A stretch of DNA of 64,000 nt from a virus. Lineage: Duplodnaviria > Caudoviricetes. Under the pieces are notes generated by a model. It was not told the DNA's origin. It ran no database searches and saw only the letters and a list, made by a program, of their open reading frames with translations. Of the stretch, positions 32,601-42,835 are shown piece after piece. The first letter of the stretch is position 1, and every line of letters starts with the position of its first letter. Location of the stretch: the IMG/VR virus record IMGVR_UViG_3300021400_000103; one strand, written 5' to 3'. Position numbers and translations under genes: made by a program.

Positions 32601-33457
32601 ATATTGGTGGTGCCACTGGCAAAATAGCAGCAAATACATCTAAGGTAGAAGCCACCAAGAAAAAGGCTGGCTGGAAAAAAGATAGTATTGGTTGGTGGTA
32701 TCAAAACGCAGACGGGACTTACCCAGAGAAAAAGTGGGAAAAGATCGGAGATAAATGGTATTATTTTAACGATGAAGGCTATATGGTATCCAATGCTTAT
32801 CAGGATGGTTATTGGCTAACTGGAAGCGGTGCCTGGGATGGTCAAAAGAAAGCTGGATGGAAGAAGGATAAAAAGGGCTGGTGGTATCAATATGCAAACG
32901 GATCCTATCCAAAAAAACGGTTCTTACAGATAGATGGCAAGATGTATTACTTTGATGAAAAGGGATACATGGTAACCGGAGAAAAGACTATACAAGGTCA
33001 AAAATACGTCTTTGGTAGCGATGGAGCTGCTATTGATCAGCAGGATTTTACTAAGGTCAAGAAAGGATACGCAACCGGTTCCAGTGGTATCAGATCAAGT
33101 CAAATGGCATGGACGCAAGAAAATGGTTCCGAGATTATCTATCGTGCTACGGATGGTGCAATTCTAACACCACTCTCTCGTGGAGATATGGTATTTACGA
33201 ACGACATGTCCAAGGCACTTTGGAATCTTGCTAAGAATCCGAGCCTTGCAAGATCAAGTATCACTCTTCCATCGGTTAATGGCACTGCACGTACTATCAA
33301 TAATGAAAATGAGATCACCTTGGTTCTTCCGAACGTGACTAATTATGAAGAATTCAAGTCTGCTCTCACTAAAGATCCAAAATTCGTTAACTTTGTCCAG
33401 GCAACAACCATTGGTCAGGCACTGGGAAAAGGACGATTAAATAGAGGTAACTTTTAA
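20656..33457 (+). CDS. Tape measure protein, three exons (20656-25227, 26584-26904, 27923-33457), about 3475 aa spliced
   Basis: TP901-type TMP core (ATADWARMGYS, NEVANNYAI, GTTFKTLSARIRG). Joins read EALAG|KRNANTL and SQKLG|LLPGG, both at codon boundaries and in frame. C-terminal cell-wall-binding repeats. Confidence 0.85.
25228..26583 (+). mobile_element. Group I intron 3 (1356 nt) with an HNH endonuclease
   Basis: P1 ctggt/accag; P10 ttctatt/aagagaa; core aattgcaggtaa, catgcaacgaag, ctcaacgatca, gaaatgatct; terminal G26583. Confidence 0.85.
25709..26566 (+). CDS. Intron-encoded HNH endonuclease with three N-terminal Myb-like W(S/T)xxE repeats
   Basis: RWSDLE, NWTDSE, IWTDEQ repeats; CVITG..EIHHIYP...LHKLFHELYG. 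Confidence 0.8.
   Translation: MKQNRWSDLEIQLLKDNYDSTSKEEMLELLAPRSWSSILTKANKLGINKRLNWTDSEDKLLKNTYSTTDINEVVRLFPDRTKHSIIARAIKLGLNSFNHPIWTDEQVQYIIDNWQILPDEIIGRNINKTKNAVKRKRNLLGLHRQQKGCYYNYENISKYIRGQIWDWKKKSMENCEYKCVITGSKDFEIHHIYPVNKIIKDIYEKYNIEYKNYEDYSKEELSKIVTLFCIEQNTHPLGECTRKDLHKLFHELYGQYNTTYEQWERFKLDIKKGVYDNHIKIDIVA
27383..27411 (+). promoter_or_regulatory. Sigma-A-type promoter inside intron 4 (antitoxin sRNA)
   Basis: TTTACA (27383-88), 17 nt, TACAAT (27406-11), with extended -10 TG. Confidence 0.7.
27418..27518 (+). ncRNA. Putative type I antitoxin sRNA (~100 nt)
   Basis: Own promoter; ends in aataaccgcc/ggcggttatt + T-tract, which overlaps the 3' end of the convergent small ORF. Confidence 0.6.
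27494..27574 (-). CDS. Putative type I toxin peptide, 26 aa (MVQTIYAIAMLLIELVKEHKNNRPQS)
   Basis: RBS aaggagg sequestered in hairpin gcccttcggaaaggagggc; hydrophobic stretch plus basic tail; convergent overlapping sRNA. Confidence 0.6.
   Translation of the reverse strand: MVQTIYAIAMLLIELVKEHKNNRPQS
27636..27866 (-). CDS. Zinc-ribbon protein (76 aa), intron cargo
   Basis: PKCPTCGS...QCGSCGAKW with a Gly-rich hydrophobic centre; RBS aaggaggtg. Confidence 0.8.
   Translation of the reverse strand: MGFSDQFNKEFSNAINDYKNAETTNHITNVPKCPTCGSTNVKKIGAGKRWVSTGMFGLASSNLGKTMQCGSCGAKW
27887..27915 (-). promoter_or_regulatory. Antisense sigma-A-type promoter at the 3' end of intron 4
   Basis: Minus strand TTGCTC, 17 nt, TATAAT, upstream of the zinc-ribbon RBS. 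Confidence 0.65.
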
Positions 33458-33468
33458 ACTATGATTAT

Positions 33469-33500
33469 GGAGTCGTGGTATAACAGCCACGACTCCTTTT
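33469..33500 (+). terminator. Intrinsic terminator
   Basis: ggagtcgtgg/ccacgactcc + tttt. Confidence 0.75.
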
Positions 33501-33516
33501 CTATTTTAGTTAAGGA

Positions 33517-33813
33517 GTGATTAATACTATGAAAGTAGATCGCCTTGAGCGGAAAATTGAAAGACTCAAATCTGAGAATGAACGTCTCAGGGCTGAGAAA
33601 AAAAAATTACAGGACGAAGTTAATATGTTTAAGGAAAAAGAACAGCTGATCGAAGATACTCAAAATGAGTATAACGCAATGCTTACTTCTCTTAAAGAAA
33701 CTACGGAGCAGTATAAATTGTTGGTCGGCAAGCTTCGTCAATACGACGGTAAGATTATGCGCAAGTATAACAAGGGTACGAACACCCTATTACGCGCATC
33801 TAAAACTATATAG
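33517..33813 (+). CDS. Coiled-coil hypothetical protein
   Basis: Heptad pattern. Confidence 0.65.
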   Translation: MINTMKVDRLERKIERLKSENERLRAEKKKLQDEVNMFKEKEQLIEDTQNEYNAMLTSLKETTEQYKLLVGKLRQYDGKIMRKYNKGTNTLLRASKTI

Positions 33814-33827
33814 AAGGGAGGCTACCG

Positions 33828-34622
33828 ATGACTGAGAATGATTTCGTATTCGATGGCGTAACGCTGTCGGATCATGGTTACATCGTAACATGGGACGGGA
33901 CATATAGCGAAGATGGTGTTGTGTCGTCAATGTCTTATGAAACCGTAAAAGCCTCAAAATCAGATGTTGTTCACAAGGTTAGTTCTTCGTACGAAGAAAA
34001 TTATCATGTGGATGTCACCATCGCAAAGAGTCCGTGTGGTGACGAGAATATGTATTTGACAAACGACGATATTTCCGAGATGTCTCGGTGGCTGTGTAGA
34101 AAGGAATACAAGTGGTTCCGGTGGATAGATGACAATCTTGGTCAGGACGAGATTTGGTTTGAGGTTCAGATCACTATGGATAAAGAGGCGTATGGAGACT
34201 CCATCATTGGACTCAAACTACATATATCAGCCAATCGTCCGTATGGTGTTACACGAGAACACAAGATTAAGTGGAACAACGCAGAAGGTCAACATATCGT
34301 TAACATTTATTCGGATGAGGAAGGATATATAAAGCCTGATGTTGTTATAACTGCACGAACCGATGGGGATATTTCAATTCTTAATGAGCGAGAAAACCGC
34401 ACCACCGAAATAAAGAACTGTGTAGCTGGTGAGGTAATCACAATTCACGGTGGCGATTTGTTACAGATAACGTCTACTGAGGATCATGATTTCGCAAAGG
34501 ATTTCAACTATGTATTCCCCAGATTCTACAATGAATTTGAGAAAAACAAAAACACAATTACCGTAACAGGTATGTGTGACATCGAAATTAGATATAGAGG
34601 TCTACGAAAGGTGGGGATGTAA
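33828..34622 (+). CDS. Distal tail protein (Dit)-like
   Basis: DFVFDGVTLSDHG start; follows the TMP. Confidence 0.7.
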   Translation: MTENDFVFDGVTLSDHGYIVTWDGTYSEDGVVSSMSYETVKASKSDVVHKVSSSYEENYHVDVTIAKSPCGDENMYLTNDDISEMSRWLCRKEYKWFRWIDDNLGQDEIWFEVQITMDKEAYGDSIIGLKLHISANRPYGVTREHKIKWNNAEGQHIVNIYSDEEGYIKPDVVITARTDGDISILNERENRTTEIKNCVAGEVITIHGGDLLQITSTEDHDFAKDFNYVFPRFYNEFEKNKNTITVTGMCDIEIRYRGLRKVGM

Positions 34623-34625
34623 TCT

Positions 34626-37600
34626 ATGAAGAAATTCACATATGACATGCTTGACCACATCGAGACTCCTATTGTTGTGTTATCAACTAAGTGGCATCAC
34701 CATCTTGGCCTTATAACAAATATACCGGATGGGCTTAATGTGGTGTTCAATATGAACTCTGTAGATGAAGTATCGTTTGATGTTCATAGAGAATGGGATG
34801 GTAAAAAATGTGAACTGTGGGATAAGATTATTAACTTCAAATATATCTATATTCCAGAGTATGAATCCTACTATGAGATATATGTAACCATAGATGATAC
34901 GGATAATACGGTCAAACACGTCACATCTAAAGCTGCTGGCGAAGTCGAATTAAGCAATAGAAAGCTGATCGATTTTCACTGCAACGATGAAACGGATATC
35001 ACATATACTGCCAAGTATAAGGTTCAGGACGGACAGGTAATTAAAACCGGCGATGCTGGCGTAGTAGACTTTCAGTATGATATGTCTGATAGCGACTTGC
35101 TTCCTGGACAAACAGAGCTAATTAAGGCGACTATCCTTTACCGTCCTATCCTAGATACGGATTCGGAATATCTTGCTATGAAGAAACGTAGAGCCTCTCT
35201 CCTGCATCGTGTCCTAAAAGACAAATGCCCTGATTGGGGAGTTGGCATGATTGATGAAACAGTCGCTAAGATTCAGCGCACATTTACCGGAGATAACATC
35301 GGTATATACGAGTTCTTGACAAATACAGTTGGTAAGGAACTAGACTGCTTGTTTGAGTTTGACAGTGTGAATCGTAAAATTTCTGCGCATGATTTGTTGA
35401 CTGTTTGTAGCAGTTGTGGTTACCGTGGCACATTCATGGATAAATGTCCGAAGTGTGAATCTACCAGATTTATCATCCCGTACGGTAAGCAGACTGGTAT
35501 CTTCTTGAATACCGAAAACTTTGCAACAGAGGTCAATTTGTCTGGTAATACCGACAATGTTAAGAACTGTCTGCGTCTGATTGCGGGCGACGACGAGATG
35601 ACTGCTGCGGTTCGAAATATCAACCCAAATGGTTCGCAGTATATCTATCATTTTTCAGATGAGATGTTGGATGATATGCCGGATGAGCTTGTGTCCAAGA
35701 TTATTTCTTATAACGAACTGTATGAAAGCAAGGAACCTGAATATACCATATTAACCGAGCGATATTATGAACTGTTAGACAGACTTGGATATCTTCAACA
35801 TTCTATGATGCCGGAGACTCCAATCCCTGGTGAAACTACGGCAAAGAAACAGCTTGCAATACTTGAGGAATGTTTTAGACAGGCAACCCCAGAGAAGGCA
35901 GCCGTGGAGGATATAGCAAAAGCATCTACGAGTACAGCCGAGTCTGCGGTACAGGGGTTGAGTAAGGTGTTGGTAGATCCGCGCTACACCGTAAAGATTA
36001 AAGAAACCGTTAAATATGAAAAGTATGACGGATACGGAATATGGCAAGGACGCTTCACGGTTACCGATCTTGGCTACACCAAGGATATGGATAATAAAGA
36101 TGGAAAGTATGAAGCAACAAGTACGGCATCTGTGTTGGTTACAGTTACAGGTGATTATGAAACATTTCTTCGTCAAAAGTTGTTAAAGCAATTAGACAGA
36201 TCAGATGCAAGTCTAGTTACCATATTCAAGATAGATGATGAAACTGAGTTTAAGGCAGAACTGAAAAAGTATAGCCTGGAACGATTAAAAGCGTTCAAGG
36301 GTACATATGAAGGCGTTGTGGCAACGCTTATTAATGCAGAAGCAACAACTACAAACGCTAACTTCTTCGGTGCTGATTTAAAGACGGAGATCTACGATCC
36401 TTACTATCGTAAGCTTGGATATATAGAGGAAGAGATTGCGGTTCGTGATGGTGAGGTTGAAACGGTTTCAAATGAACTTGCTGATGTTGTAGCACAGCGA
36501 AAGATCATCTCCGACCAACTTGATTTTCCAACATATCTCGGGGACGAACTATTCACTATATTCTCCATGTATCGTATGGAGGGTGATTACAACAACTCCA
36601 ATTATATCTCAACCGATCTTGAGAACAACGAGATCGTAGAAAAGGCAAAAGAGTTCTTTGAGGTTGCACAGGACGAAGCTATTAAGGCAAGCCAGATCGA
36701 ACTCACCATTTCAGAGACCCTGAACAATCTTCTGAATACAAAAGAGTTTAGGGATTTCAAAGATGGATTTGATATAGGCGATTGGTTAATTACCGAAGTA
36801 GATGAAAAAATATATAGGCTCAGATTAATCGGAGTTACATACGACTACTCCTCTCCTGCCGGTATATCTTTCACATTCTCTAATGTGGACAGAATGAAAT
36901 CTATGAGTGATGAATTAACGTCTATATTGGATCAGGCTAAGTCGATTGCTGGCACATACAACACAGTTACGCATCAGGCAGAGCAAGGTAATGATGCCAA
37001 GGATGAAGTATCGTCCATGCAGAATGACGGCGTAGATTCCGGCACATACAACATCTTCTCTGGTATTAACAGCCGAGTTGTCATTGATGAAAATGGTATT
37101 TTATTGGCCGATTATAACTCCATCGAAGGCAAGGATTATGACGAACAGCTCAAGATTATTAACAATGGTATTTACTTCACTGATGATAACTGGGCAAACG
37201 TCAAGACTGCCATTGGTAAAATCCGGTATGAATTAAACGGAGCTGTACAGACAAGGTATGGTGTTAATGCTGAGACTTTGATCGCCGGACTTATGATAGC
37301 GGGAGAAATCTATAGTCAAAACTACTCTTCTATCAATGGTACAGGAACCTACTTTAACCTTGACAATGGGGAATTCACCATTGGTAATGAGAGTCTTGTA
37401 TACAGAGATGGATTGCTTAACATTAAGAATACTGTGATTAACTGGGAGTCAGTGGATGCTCCTGCCGTAACAAACATTAGTGGTCTGGCAGATGCGTTAG
37501 CGGCGAAGCAGAATAAGTTAATTGCTGGAGATAATATAACTATCGATCAAAGTACAAACACCATCTCAGCCACTACAGGAGCAAAGAGTTATATAAAAAT

Positions 37601-37937
37601 ATCTAGAGAAGACTACGATTCCTTGTCTTATGAGGAAAAGCATAACGGTATTCCTTATTATATATACGACTCCGAAGGTGGTAGCAGTAGTAACAGAACG
37701 TGGTATGGAACCACTGAGCCGGCCTCATCACTTGGTAAAAACGGCGATATATATGCGTTATATGATTCAGGTGAATCTACGGTTACTGCACTGTATGTAA
37801 AGATAGCTAATATGTGGATGCCTTACTCTCCTACTATACCGCAGAGGAGTGGATCTACTATACAACAGTTTACAATAACAGAAACAACTAGTAGTACAAA
37901 TACGACAAGTACATATGAAACCATCGATGGCGAATAA
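34626..37937 (+). CDS. Tail tip / baseplate hub (Tal-like) protein
   Basis: 1103 aa after Dit; internal CSSC..CPKC zinc ribbon; beta-rich C-terminal spike-like region. Confidence 0.7.
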   Translation: MKKFTYDMLDHIETPIVVLSTKWHHHLGLITNIPDGLNVVFNMNSVDEVSFDVHREWDGKKCELWDKIINFKYIYIPEYESYYEIYVTIDDTDNTVKHVTSKAAGEVELSNRKLIDFHCNDETDITYTAKYKVQDGQVIKTGDAGVVDFQYDMSDSDLLPGQTELIKATILYRPILDTDSEYLAMKKRRASLLHRVLKDKCPDWGVGMIDETVAKIQRTFTGDNIGIYEFLTNTVGKELDCLFEFDSVNRKISAHDLLTVCSSCGYRGTFMDKCPKCESTRFIIPYGKQTGIFLNTENFATEVNLSGNTDNVKNCLRLIAGDDEMTAAVRNINPNGSQYIYHFSDEMLDDMPDELVSKIISYNELYESKEPEYTILTERYYELLDRLGYLQHSMMPETPIPGETTAKKQLAILEECFRQATPEKAAVEDIAKASTSTAESAVQGLSKVLVDPRYTVKIKETVKYEKYDGYGIWQGRFTVTDLGYTKDMDNKDGKYEATSTASVLVTVTGDYETFLRQKLLKQLDRSDASLVTIFKIDDETEFKAELKKYSLERLKAFKGTYEGVVATLINAEATTTNANFFGADLKTEIYDPYYRKLGYIEEEIAVRDGEVETVSNELADVVAQRKIISDQLDFPTYLGDELFTIFSMYRMEGDYNNSNYISTDLENNEIVEKAKEFFEVAQDEAIKASQIELTISETLNNLLNTKEFRDFKDGFDIGDWLITEVDEKIYRLRLIGVTYDYSSPAGISFTFSNVDRMKSMSDELTSILDQAKSIAGTYNTVTHQAEQGNDAKDEVSSMQNDGVDSGTYNIFSGINSRVVIDENGILLADYNSIEGKDYDEQLKIINNGIYFTDDNWANVKTAIGKIRYELNGAVQTRYGVNAETLIAGLMIAGEIYSQNYSSINGTGTYFNLDNGEFTIGNESLVYRDGLLNIKNTVINWESVDAPAVTNISGLADALAAKQNKLIAGDNITIDQSTNTISATTGAKSYIKISREDYDSLSYEEKHNGIPYYIYDSEGGSSSNRTWYGTTEPASSLGKNGDIYALYDSGESTVTALYVKIANMWMPYSPTIPQRSGSTIQQFTITETTSSTNTTSTYETIDGE

Positions 37938-37951
37938 AAGGAGGGCGCAAC

Positions 37952-38521
37952 ATGTTAACGAATAACTATTATAAAATGAGAGGATTTTTTGATTCTCATA
38001 CGAATAAATGTGATGGGTCGTCATATGGTGTACCTGCAGCAGATATAACAGTAATAGACATTGATGGAACTTCACGTTCTAACCTATCCTATACATCTAA
38101 TACTAATGCCGGTTATGCCGCTGGCGCAAATAGTAACTACTCTATGAAACAGTATATATATCCTGTTTTAGGGCTGAGTAACATAGAACCGACATTAAAC
38201 GATTATCATCTTAGAGACCAGGTTGATTTGAATCTTACTACAACGATAAACTCTGTTGGAGCGGACGGAGTAGTTACAACAAAATTTGTCATTACCGGAA
38301 CAAATACAACTGGAGCCGAAATCACTATAAGAGAAATTGGAATTGTAAAAATCATAAGTGTACTCTCCGAAGGATCAAATCCTATGCCGTATGATCCAGC
38401 AGAAGATAGTCAATATAATAGACAACCTAGAGTATTGCTCGACCGTTCTTTGTTAAAAAAACCAAAAACCGTGGCAGCAAACGAGTCGTTTTCTCTCACT
38501 TTCGATTGGCAAGAGATGTAA
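37952..38521 (+). CDS. Tail fibre/baseplate-associated protein
   Basis: ITIREIG motif; position. Confidence 0.55.
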   Translation: MLTNNYYKMRGFFDSHTNKCDGSSYGVPAADITVIDIDGTSRSNLSYTSNTNAGYAAGANSNYSMKQYIYPVLGLSNIEPTLNDYHLRDQVDLNLTTTINSVGADGVVTTKFVITGTNTTGAEITIREIGIVKIISVLSEGSNPMPYDPAEDSQYNRQPRVLLDRSLLKKPKTVAANESFSLTFDWQEM

Positions 38522-38536
38522 GTTGGAGGTGATTGG

Positions 38537-39703
38537 ATGAATGAAATAAGACTTGATGATGAGATTTACAGCGGTGGAAGCAGTTCAAATGTAGAAGCCA
38601 ATCCGACTGGTACTGCAACGGAAACGCTAACAAAACTTGGCGTTGATGGTACTGTGTACGGCATTGATTCTGGTACTGATGTTGAAGCGAACCCAAGTGG
38701 CACACCAACAGATGAGTTATCTGCTATAGGTATAGATGGAACTGTGTATGAAATTACTGGTTTCGAACTGCCTGAACATGTAACAATGGATGAAACGAAG
38801 GTACGGGTATCTGGTGATCCCACTGGGTGGACAAGCTCCGAGAACTATTATGATGAAGCAATTAGTTGGAGTGTTGGCGGTAGAGTATATACCAAAGACA
38901 ACGCTCAACCTGCATTAATCGCTGGATGCCAATATGATGGTAGTACGTTGTACCATACTGTTGCTGTTTCGACGATTGCAGCAGGAACGCACTACCGTTG
39001 GGCTAACTATGTTAATGATCAGGATAATGAGTTCGAGTATAAAGGTAGAACTTGGTATTACAGCGGTGGAGATGGTTCGTATCATGAATTACCATATGTG
39101 GGTATTAATGACATAGGTCATTTTTCCACAATGTTAGACGCAGCTAAGTACCTGATTGATCAGGCAGATCTTGCTGGCGCACATTTTGTTCAGATGTCAG
39201 ACCCTGAAACTGGCACTATTCTTGCTGGTGGCGGAGAAAAAGAAGATTTGTCTGATGCCCCATTCAAGGTAACGAACGATGGTGCTGTATACGCAACTGA
39301 GTTTTACAAAAATGGTGTTCCTATTGGAGGCGGCGGAGGAGGATCACAGCATCAATATTTCACAGAAGAACAAGTGGTTGGGACATGGACGGATGGAAGT
39401 AATGTGTATGAAAAGAGTTATCAGTTTACGCTTGCATCAGATAGTAGTTATTCTATTCAAACTCTTGATACAATAGCAAATATGAATAATGTATGGATAA
39501 AAGAAGGGTACGGAATAAATACTTATAGCAACGCCAAATATTCATCAGTTATCGGATTATACAATAGTAATCCAACTGAAACTGATGTTGCAGGATATCT
39601 TAGTTATAACAGCAATAATGAACTAAAATTCGAGTATAGATGCGGCCAATTTATGCATGGCGGTACAGCCCACCTTACCATCCGCTACACTAAGACATCT
39701 TGA
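38537..39703 (+). CDS. Tail fibre-like protein with VEANP(T/S)G repeats
   Basis: Duplicated VEANPxG..DGTVY unit; EQVVGTWTDG..YEK domain. Confidence 0.6.
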   Translation: MNEIRLDDEIYSGGSSSNVEANPTGTATETLTKLGVDGTVYGIDSGTDVEANPSGTPTDELSAIGIDGTVYEITGFELPEHVTMDETKVRVSGDPTGWTSSENYYDEAISWSVGGRVYTKDNAQPALIAGCQYDGSTLYHTVAVSTIAAGTHYRWANYVNDQDNEFEYKGRTWYYSGGDGSYHELPYVGINDIGHFSTMLDAAKYLIDQADLAGAHFVQMSDPETGTILAGGGEKEDLSDAPFKVTNDGAVYATEFYKNGVPIGGGGGGSQHQYFTEEQVVGTWTDGSNVYEKSYQFTLASDSSYSIQTLDTIANMNNVWIKEGYGINTYSNAKYSSVIGLYNSNPTETDVAGYLSYNSNNELKFEYRCGQFMHGGTAHLTIRYTKTS

Positions 39704-39719
39704 AAGAAAGGAGGAAAAA

Positions 39720-40337
39720 ATGTCAGATCAAACTCCATATAAAGTAAATTTAAAAGATATTAATGGCAATCCGGTTTATCCTAACACAGTTTCTGGAGCT
39801 GTATATGTTGGAGAATCGGTTAATTTAAATAGTAAACTGAGCGAAATAGATAGCGGTATTGAGGATCTGAATGATAATGTATCCAGAATAGATGGAACAA
39901 TCGCTTCAATGCCATATGCGGGTAGCCCGAGTCATGGCGGCCCAGCATCATCTGCAATGGCATTAACTGGTGCTGGCAGTGATAAAGGCAGCGCTACTAT
40001 GCCAGTCTATTTTAAGGCAGGTACTCCTTTCCCATGTAATATGCGAATGTACGATGTAAAGATACCAGCGCATAGTAATCTAACTGTATCGATAAAAAGT
40101 GGTATTGCATGTGTTGGTAAAAAAGGGGTTGGAGTAACCGATGTAACTACTCCCTTATCCGTATATTTAGATGGATTTGGTGGAGTAATGAATATAAGTG
40201 CTCCTGCGCAACCATACTGTACCGTTGAGTTGTATGGAGGCGGTGCTGGTACTTATGGTACGCATCAATATAAAGTTACAAACAATTCAGGTGTAGAAGT
40301 TGTTTTGTTTGTAGCATGTACAATAGATCAAGAGTAA
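39720..40337 (+). CDS. Tail fibre-like protein
   Basis: VYPNT..AV and GS.T.PVYF..G.P motifs, the latter shared with 52870-53868. Confidence 0.55.
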   Translation: MSDQTPYKVNLKDINGNPVYPNTVSGAVYVGESVNLNSKLSEIDSGIEDLNDNVSRIDGTIASMPYAGSPSHGGPASSAMALTGAGSDKGSATMPVYFKAGTPFPCNMRMYDVKIPAHSNLTVSIKSGIACVGKKGVGVTDVTTPLSVYLDGFGGVMNISAPAQPYCTVELYGGGAGTYGTHQYKVTNNSGVEVVLFVACTIDQE

Positions 40338-40349
40338 GGAGGTGAGAAA

Positions 40350-42596
40350 GTGGAAAACTTGCAGAAATTATCGTTGGATATAATGAACAACCATACGTAT
40401 GATTATATATTTGCTAACCAAGATGATGTTGGCAGAACTGTTGAAATTACCATTACTGACAATAATGAGCCGATGGATCTTCGTGGTGTTAAGGCTGTAT
40501 TTTTCATGAAGAAGCCAGACGGAACTACTGTTACAAATAATGTTAGCGTACGAGGAAGCGTTGTTACTGTTGTAATTACTGCAGAGATGACGTCCTGCCC
40601 TGGTAAAGCTGCTTATCAGATTAAACTTGAAAAGGAACCTAACTTTATCAGTACGATAAAGGGTGTATTCTTAGTGGAAAGTTCTGCCATTCAAGAAGGT
40701 GATATGCCCAGTGGTCATGAGTCAACCATGTGGGAAGATGTTGTTCGGCGATCTGATGAAACAGAGTATTATTGGGAACAAGTCAAAGCAATGGTTGCTG
40801 GCGATGTTAACCAAGAGGGGCTTATTCCGATGGGTGCTATTTACTTCAGTCAGCTTACAAGTCTTACACCAAGTCCGAGACAGTTATATACAATAAAGGA
40901 TGCGTTTGTATCTGATGACACATTCCTTGATGGTGGAGGTGTCTCATATCCGGGCGGTGTGAATGTGTATAGGAATGCAGATAATAATAAGTGGATAGCA
41001 ATCCCTGGTGCTTATTTATCCATAGCAAATAATGTTCCCACGAATGGCACTGGCGTATGGCTTGAAGAATATGACCCAGGTGCCGATCCAGGCCCAACGA
41101 TTCCTTCTTATAATGACAACGTTTTTTTTACATCAGGGTATGACTCTGGAAGCTATGGAACATCAAGAGGTTTAGGACAGGTAATCTATGATCACATTGT
41201 TAGTTTTGATTATCCAATTTCGTTTGTAAAGTCTGATACAAAACGCGGATGTCCGTATATGATGTCAGAAAACGAATCTAAAACAATATATCTTGATTTT
41301 ACTGTTAACGCTGACAACACTCAAACGGTGTGGTGGTGGTCTGATGATGACGACTCTGATTTTGAATTAAATTTATACAATGTATTTAGGGCTAACGGAG
41401 ATAAACGTGGCGATTTAGTAACCGATGGTTATCTTGCGGAAGCGATTAATTATTACGACTTTAGGGACATGGGGAATATTAAACTTCATAAACAAGAAGA
41501 GTATGGTGGAGGTGGCGATATTTTGTCTGGAAAGCAAGATGCCACAATTCTGATTGACAATTGTAGTATTAGTGGTTATTGGGAGGATTCCAGAAAACAA
41601 TTATTTGGTTTTTCAGAAGATCTCACCTTTTCTGGAAATAACTTGACGTTATATAACAATCCAGAAGATTTGTTTGACAACACATCTGTTAAAGACGACG
41701 AGCTGAATATATCTAATTGGACATTTCTTCACACTATGTTTGCTACTCAGTCACAAACAATATTGGGTGCTGTAGACATTGATAGAGTAATTGCTCGAAA
41801 CTGGAGTTTCTTAGATGGATATTCTGGCTTTCCTGTTCCGTGTTTATATAAAATATCAAGAACATACGGACACCCAATTAGTTATTTGGATTTAACGGGA
41901 TGGTCATTAAGTTCATTTGCTGATGAACCAATTGGCAATGTTTTTCAAGTATATGACGAAGAGCTTGGTGAATATAAAACTATTTTTGATAACGGTGCAA
42001 CCGTAATAGGGATAGACACCTGGGACGTATCTCGAGTTCAAAATATGGCAGAATTGTTTAAGGGTGTACATACGAATACGGCGATAGACTTATCTCAATG
42101 GGATGTATCTTCAGTTGTTGATATGGATTACATATTTCAAAAATCAGATCTCTCCGCAAACACATGTAACTCTATAAGTAACTGGGATGTAAGTAATGTT
42201 GCACACTTTGGATATGCATTTAGTGAATCTTGCGCGAATGGATATGATTTTTCATTCCTAGATGATTGGAATATTAATCAGGATGCCGATTTTAACTGGA
42301 TAATGCACCAAAACGATCATTATAATATGTGGAATATAAGACTGCCAAAGTGGAATGGATGGTTTAGTAGTTATAACGACGGAACCTACTATCCATATGA
42401 ACACAATCGTGTACCAAGGTTATATTTCCAAGGTTTGTTGTTAAATGATTCATATCTTCCTACGGCTGGTTACGACACGTATACTGGTTATTCATATACG
42501 TTATTAGAGGAAGACCAATATGTTTATTGGGATGGAGATGTGTGGAGAACAAAAGATGAAGAAGAATATGTTCACGAAGCAGATCCAGAATCGTAA
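40350..42596 (+). CDS. BppU-like upper baseplate N-terminus plus BspA/DUF285-type repeats
   Basis: QDDVGRTVEI..KKPDG N-terminus; WDVSRVQNMAELF, WDVSSVVDMDYIF and WDVSNVAHFGYAF repeats. Confidence 0.7.
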   Translation: MENLQKLSLDIMNNHTYDYIFANQDDVGRTVEITITDNNEPMDLRGVKAVFFMKKPDGTTVTNNVSVRGSVVTVVITAEMTSCPGKAAYQIKLEKEPNFISTIKGVFLVESSAIQEGDMPSGHESTMWEDVVRRSDETEYYWEQVKAMVAGDVNQEGLIPMGAIYFSQLTSLTPSPRQLYTIKDAFVSDDTFLDGGGVSYPGGVNVYRNADNNKWIAIPGAYLSIANNVPTNGTGVWLEEYDPGADPGPTIPSYNDNVFFTSGYDSGSYGTSRGLGQVIYDHIVSFDYPISFVKSDTKRGCPYMMSENESKTIYLDFTVNADNTQTVWWWSDDDDSDFELNLYNVFRANGDKRGDLVTDGYLAEAINYYDFRDMGNIKLHKQEEYGGGGDILSGKQDATILIDNCSISGYWEDSRKQLFGFSEDLTFSGNNLTLYNNPEDLFDNTSVKDDELNISNWTFLHTMFATQSQTILGAVDIDRVIARNWSFLDGYSGFPVPCLYKISRTYGHPISYLDLTGWSLSSFADEPIGNVFQVYDEELGEYKTIFDNGATVIGIDTWDVSRVQNMAELFKGVHTNTAIDLSQWDVSSVVDMDYIFQKSDLSANTCNSISNWDVSNVAHFGYAFSESCANGYDFSFLDDWNINQDADFNWIMHQNDHYNMWNIRLPKWNGWFSSYNDGTYYPYEHNRVPRLYFQGLLLNDSYLPTAGYDTYTGYSYTLLEEDQYVYWDGDVWRTKDEEEYVHEADPES

Positions 42597-42613
42597 TTAG
42601 AAGGAGGCGAAAC

Positions 42614-42721
42614 ATGTACACAATCTTAATTAATAAAGACAAATCTTTAACCACATCTGTAAAAACCACCCTCCTCCGAAATTCGCAGACGGATGAAATA
42701 CAGTTTTTATTGTTATATTAA
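42614..42721 (+). pseudogene. Truncated paralog (35 aa) of the following gene
   Basis: RBS aggagg; MYTILINKDKSLTTSVKTTLLRNSQTDEIQFL aligns with MYTIVMDKYKNLNTTIRTTIFQKESLVDKIQFL. Confidence 0.65.
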
Positions 42722-42770
42722 ACACAACATATTGTGTTTTTAATTCATTTTAACGACTATATATAGAGTC
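42721..42770. promoter_or_regulatory. Tandem NrdR-box-like palindromes
   Basis: CACAACATATTGTG (42723-36) and GACTATATATAGAG (42755-68), 32 bp apart. Confidence 0.55.
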
Positions 42771-42835
42771 TACATAAAGTAAAATGGGCGGATAATTTTT
42801 CCCGCCCTATTATTATTTTAAAAAGGAGGTGCGCG

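Noticed and set aside
20656-33457. TMP as three separate genes or a pseudogene
   Set aside because: Both gaps are group I introns with in-frame exon joins and P1/P10 support
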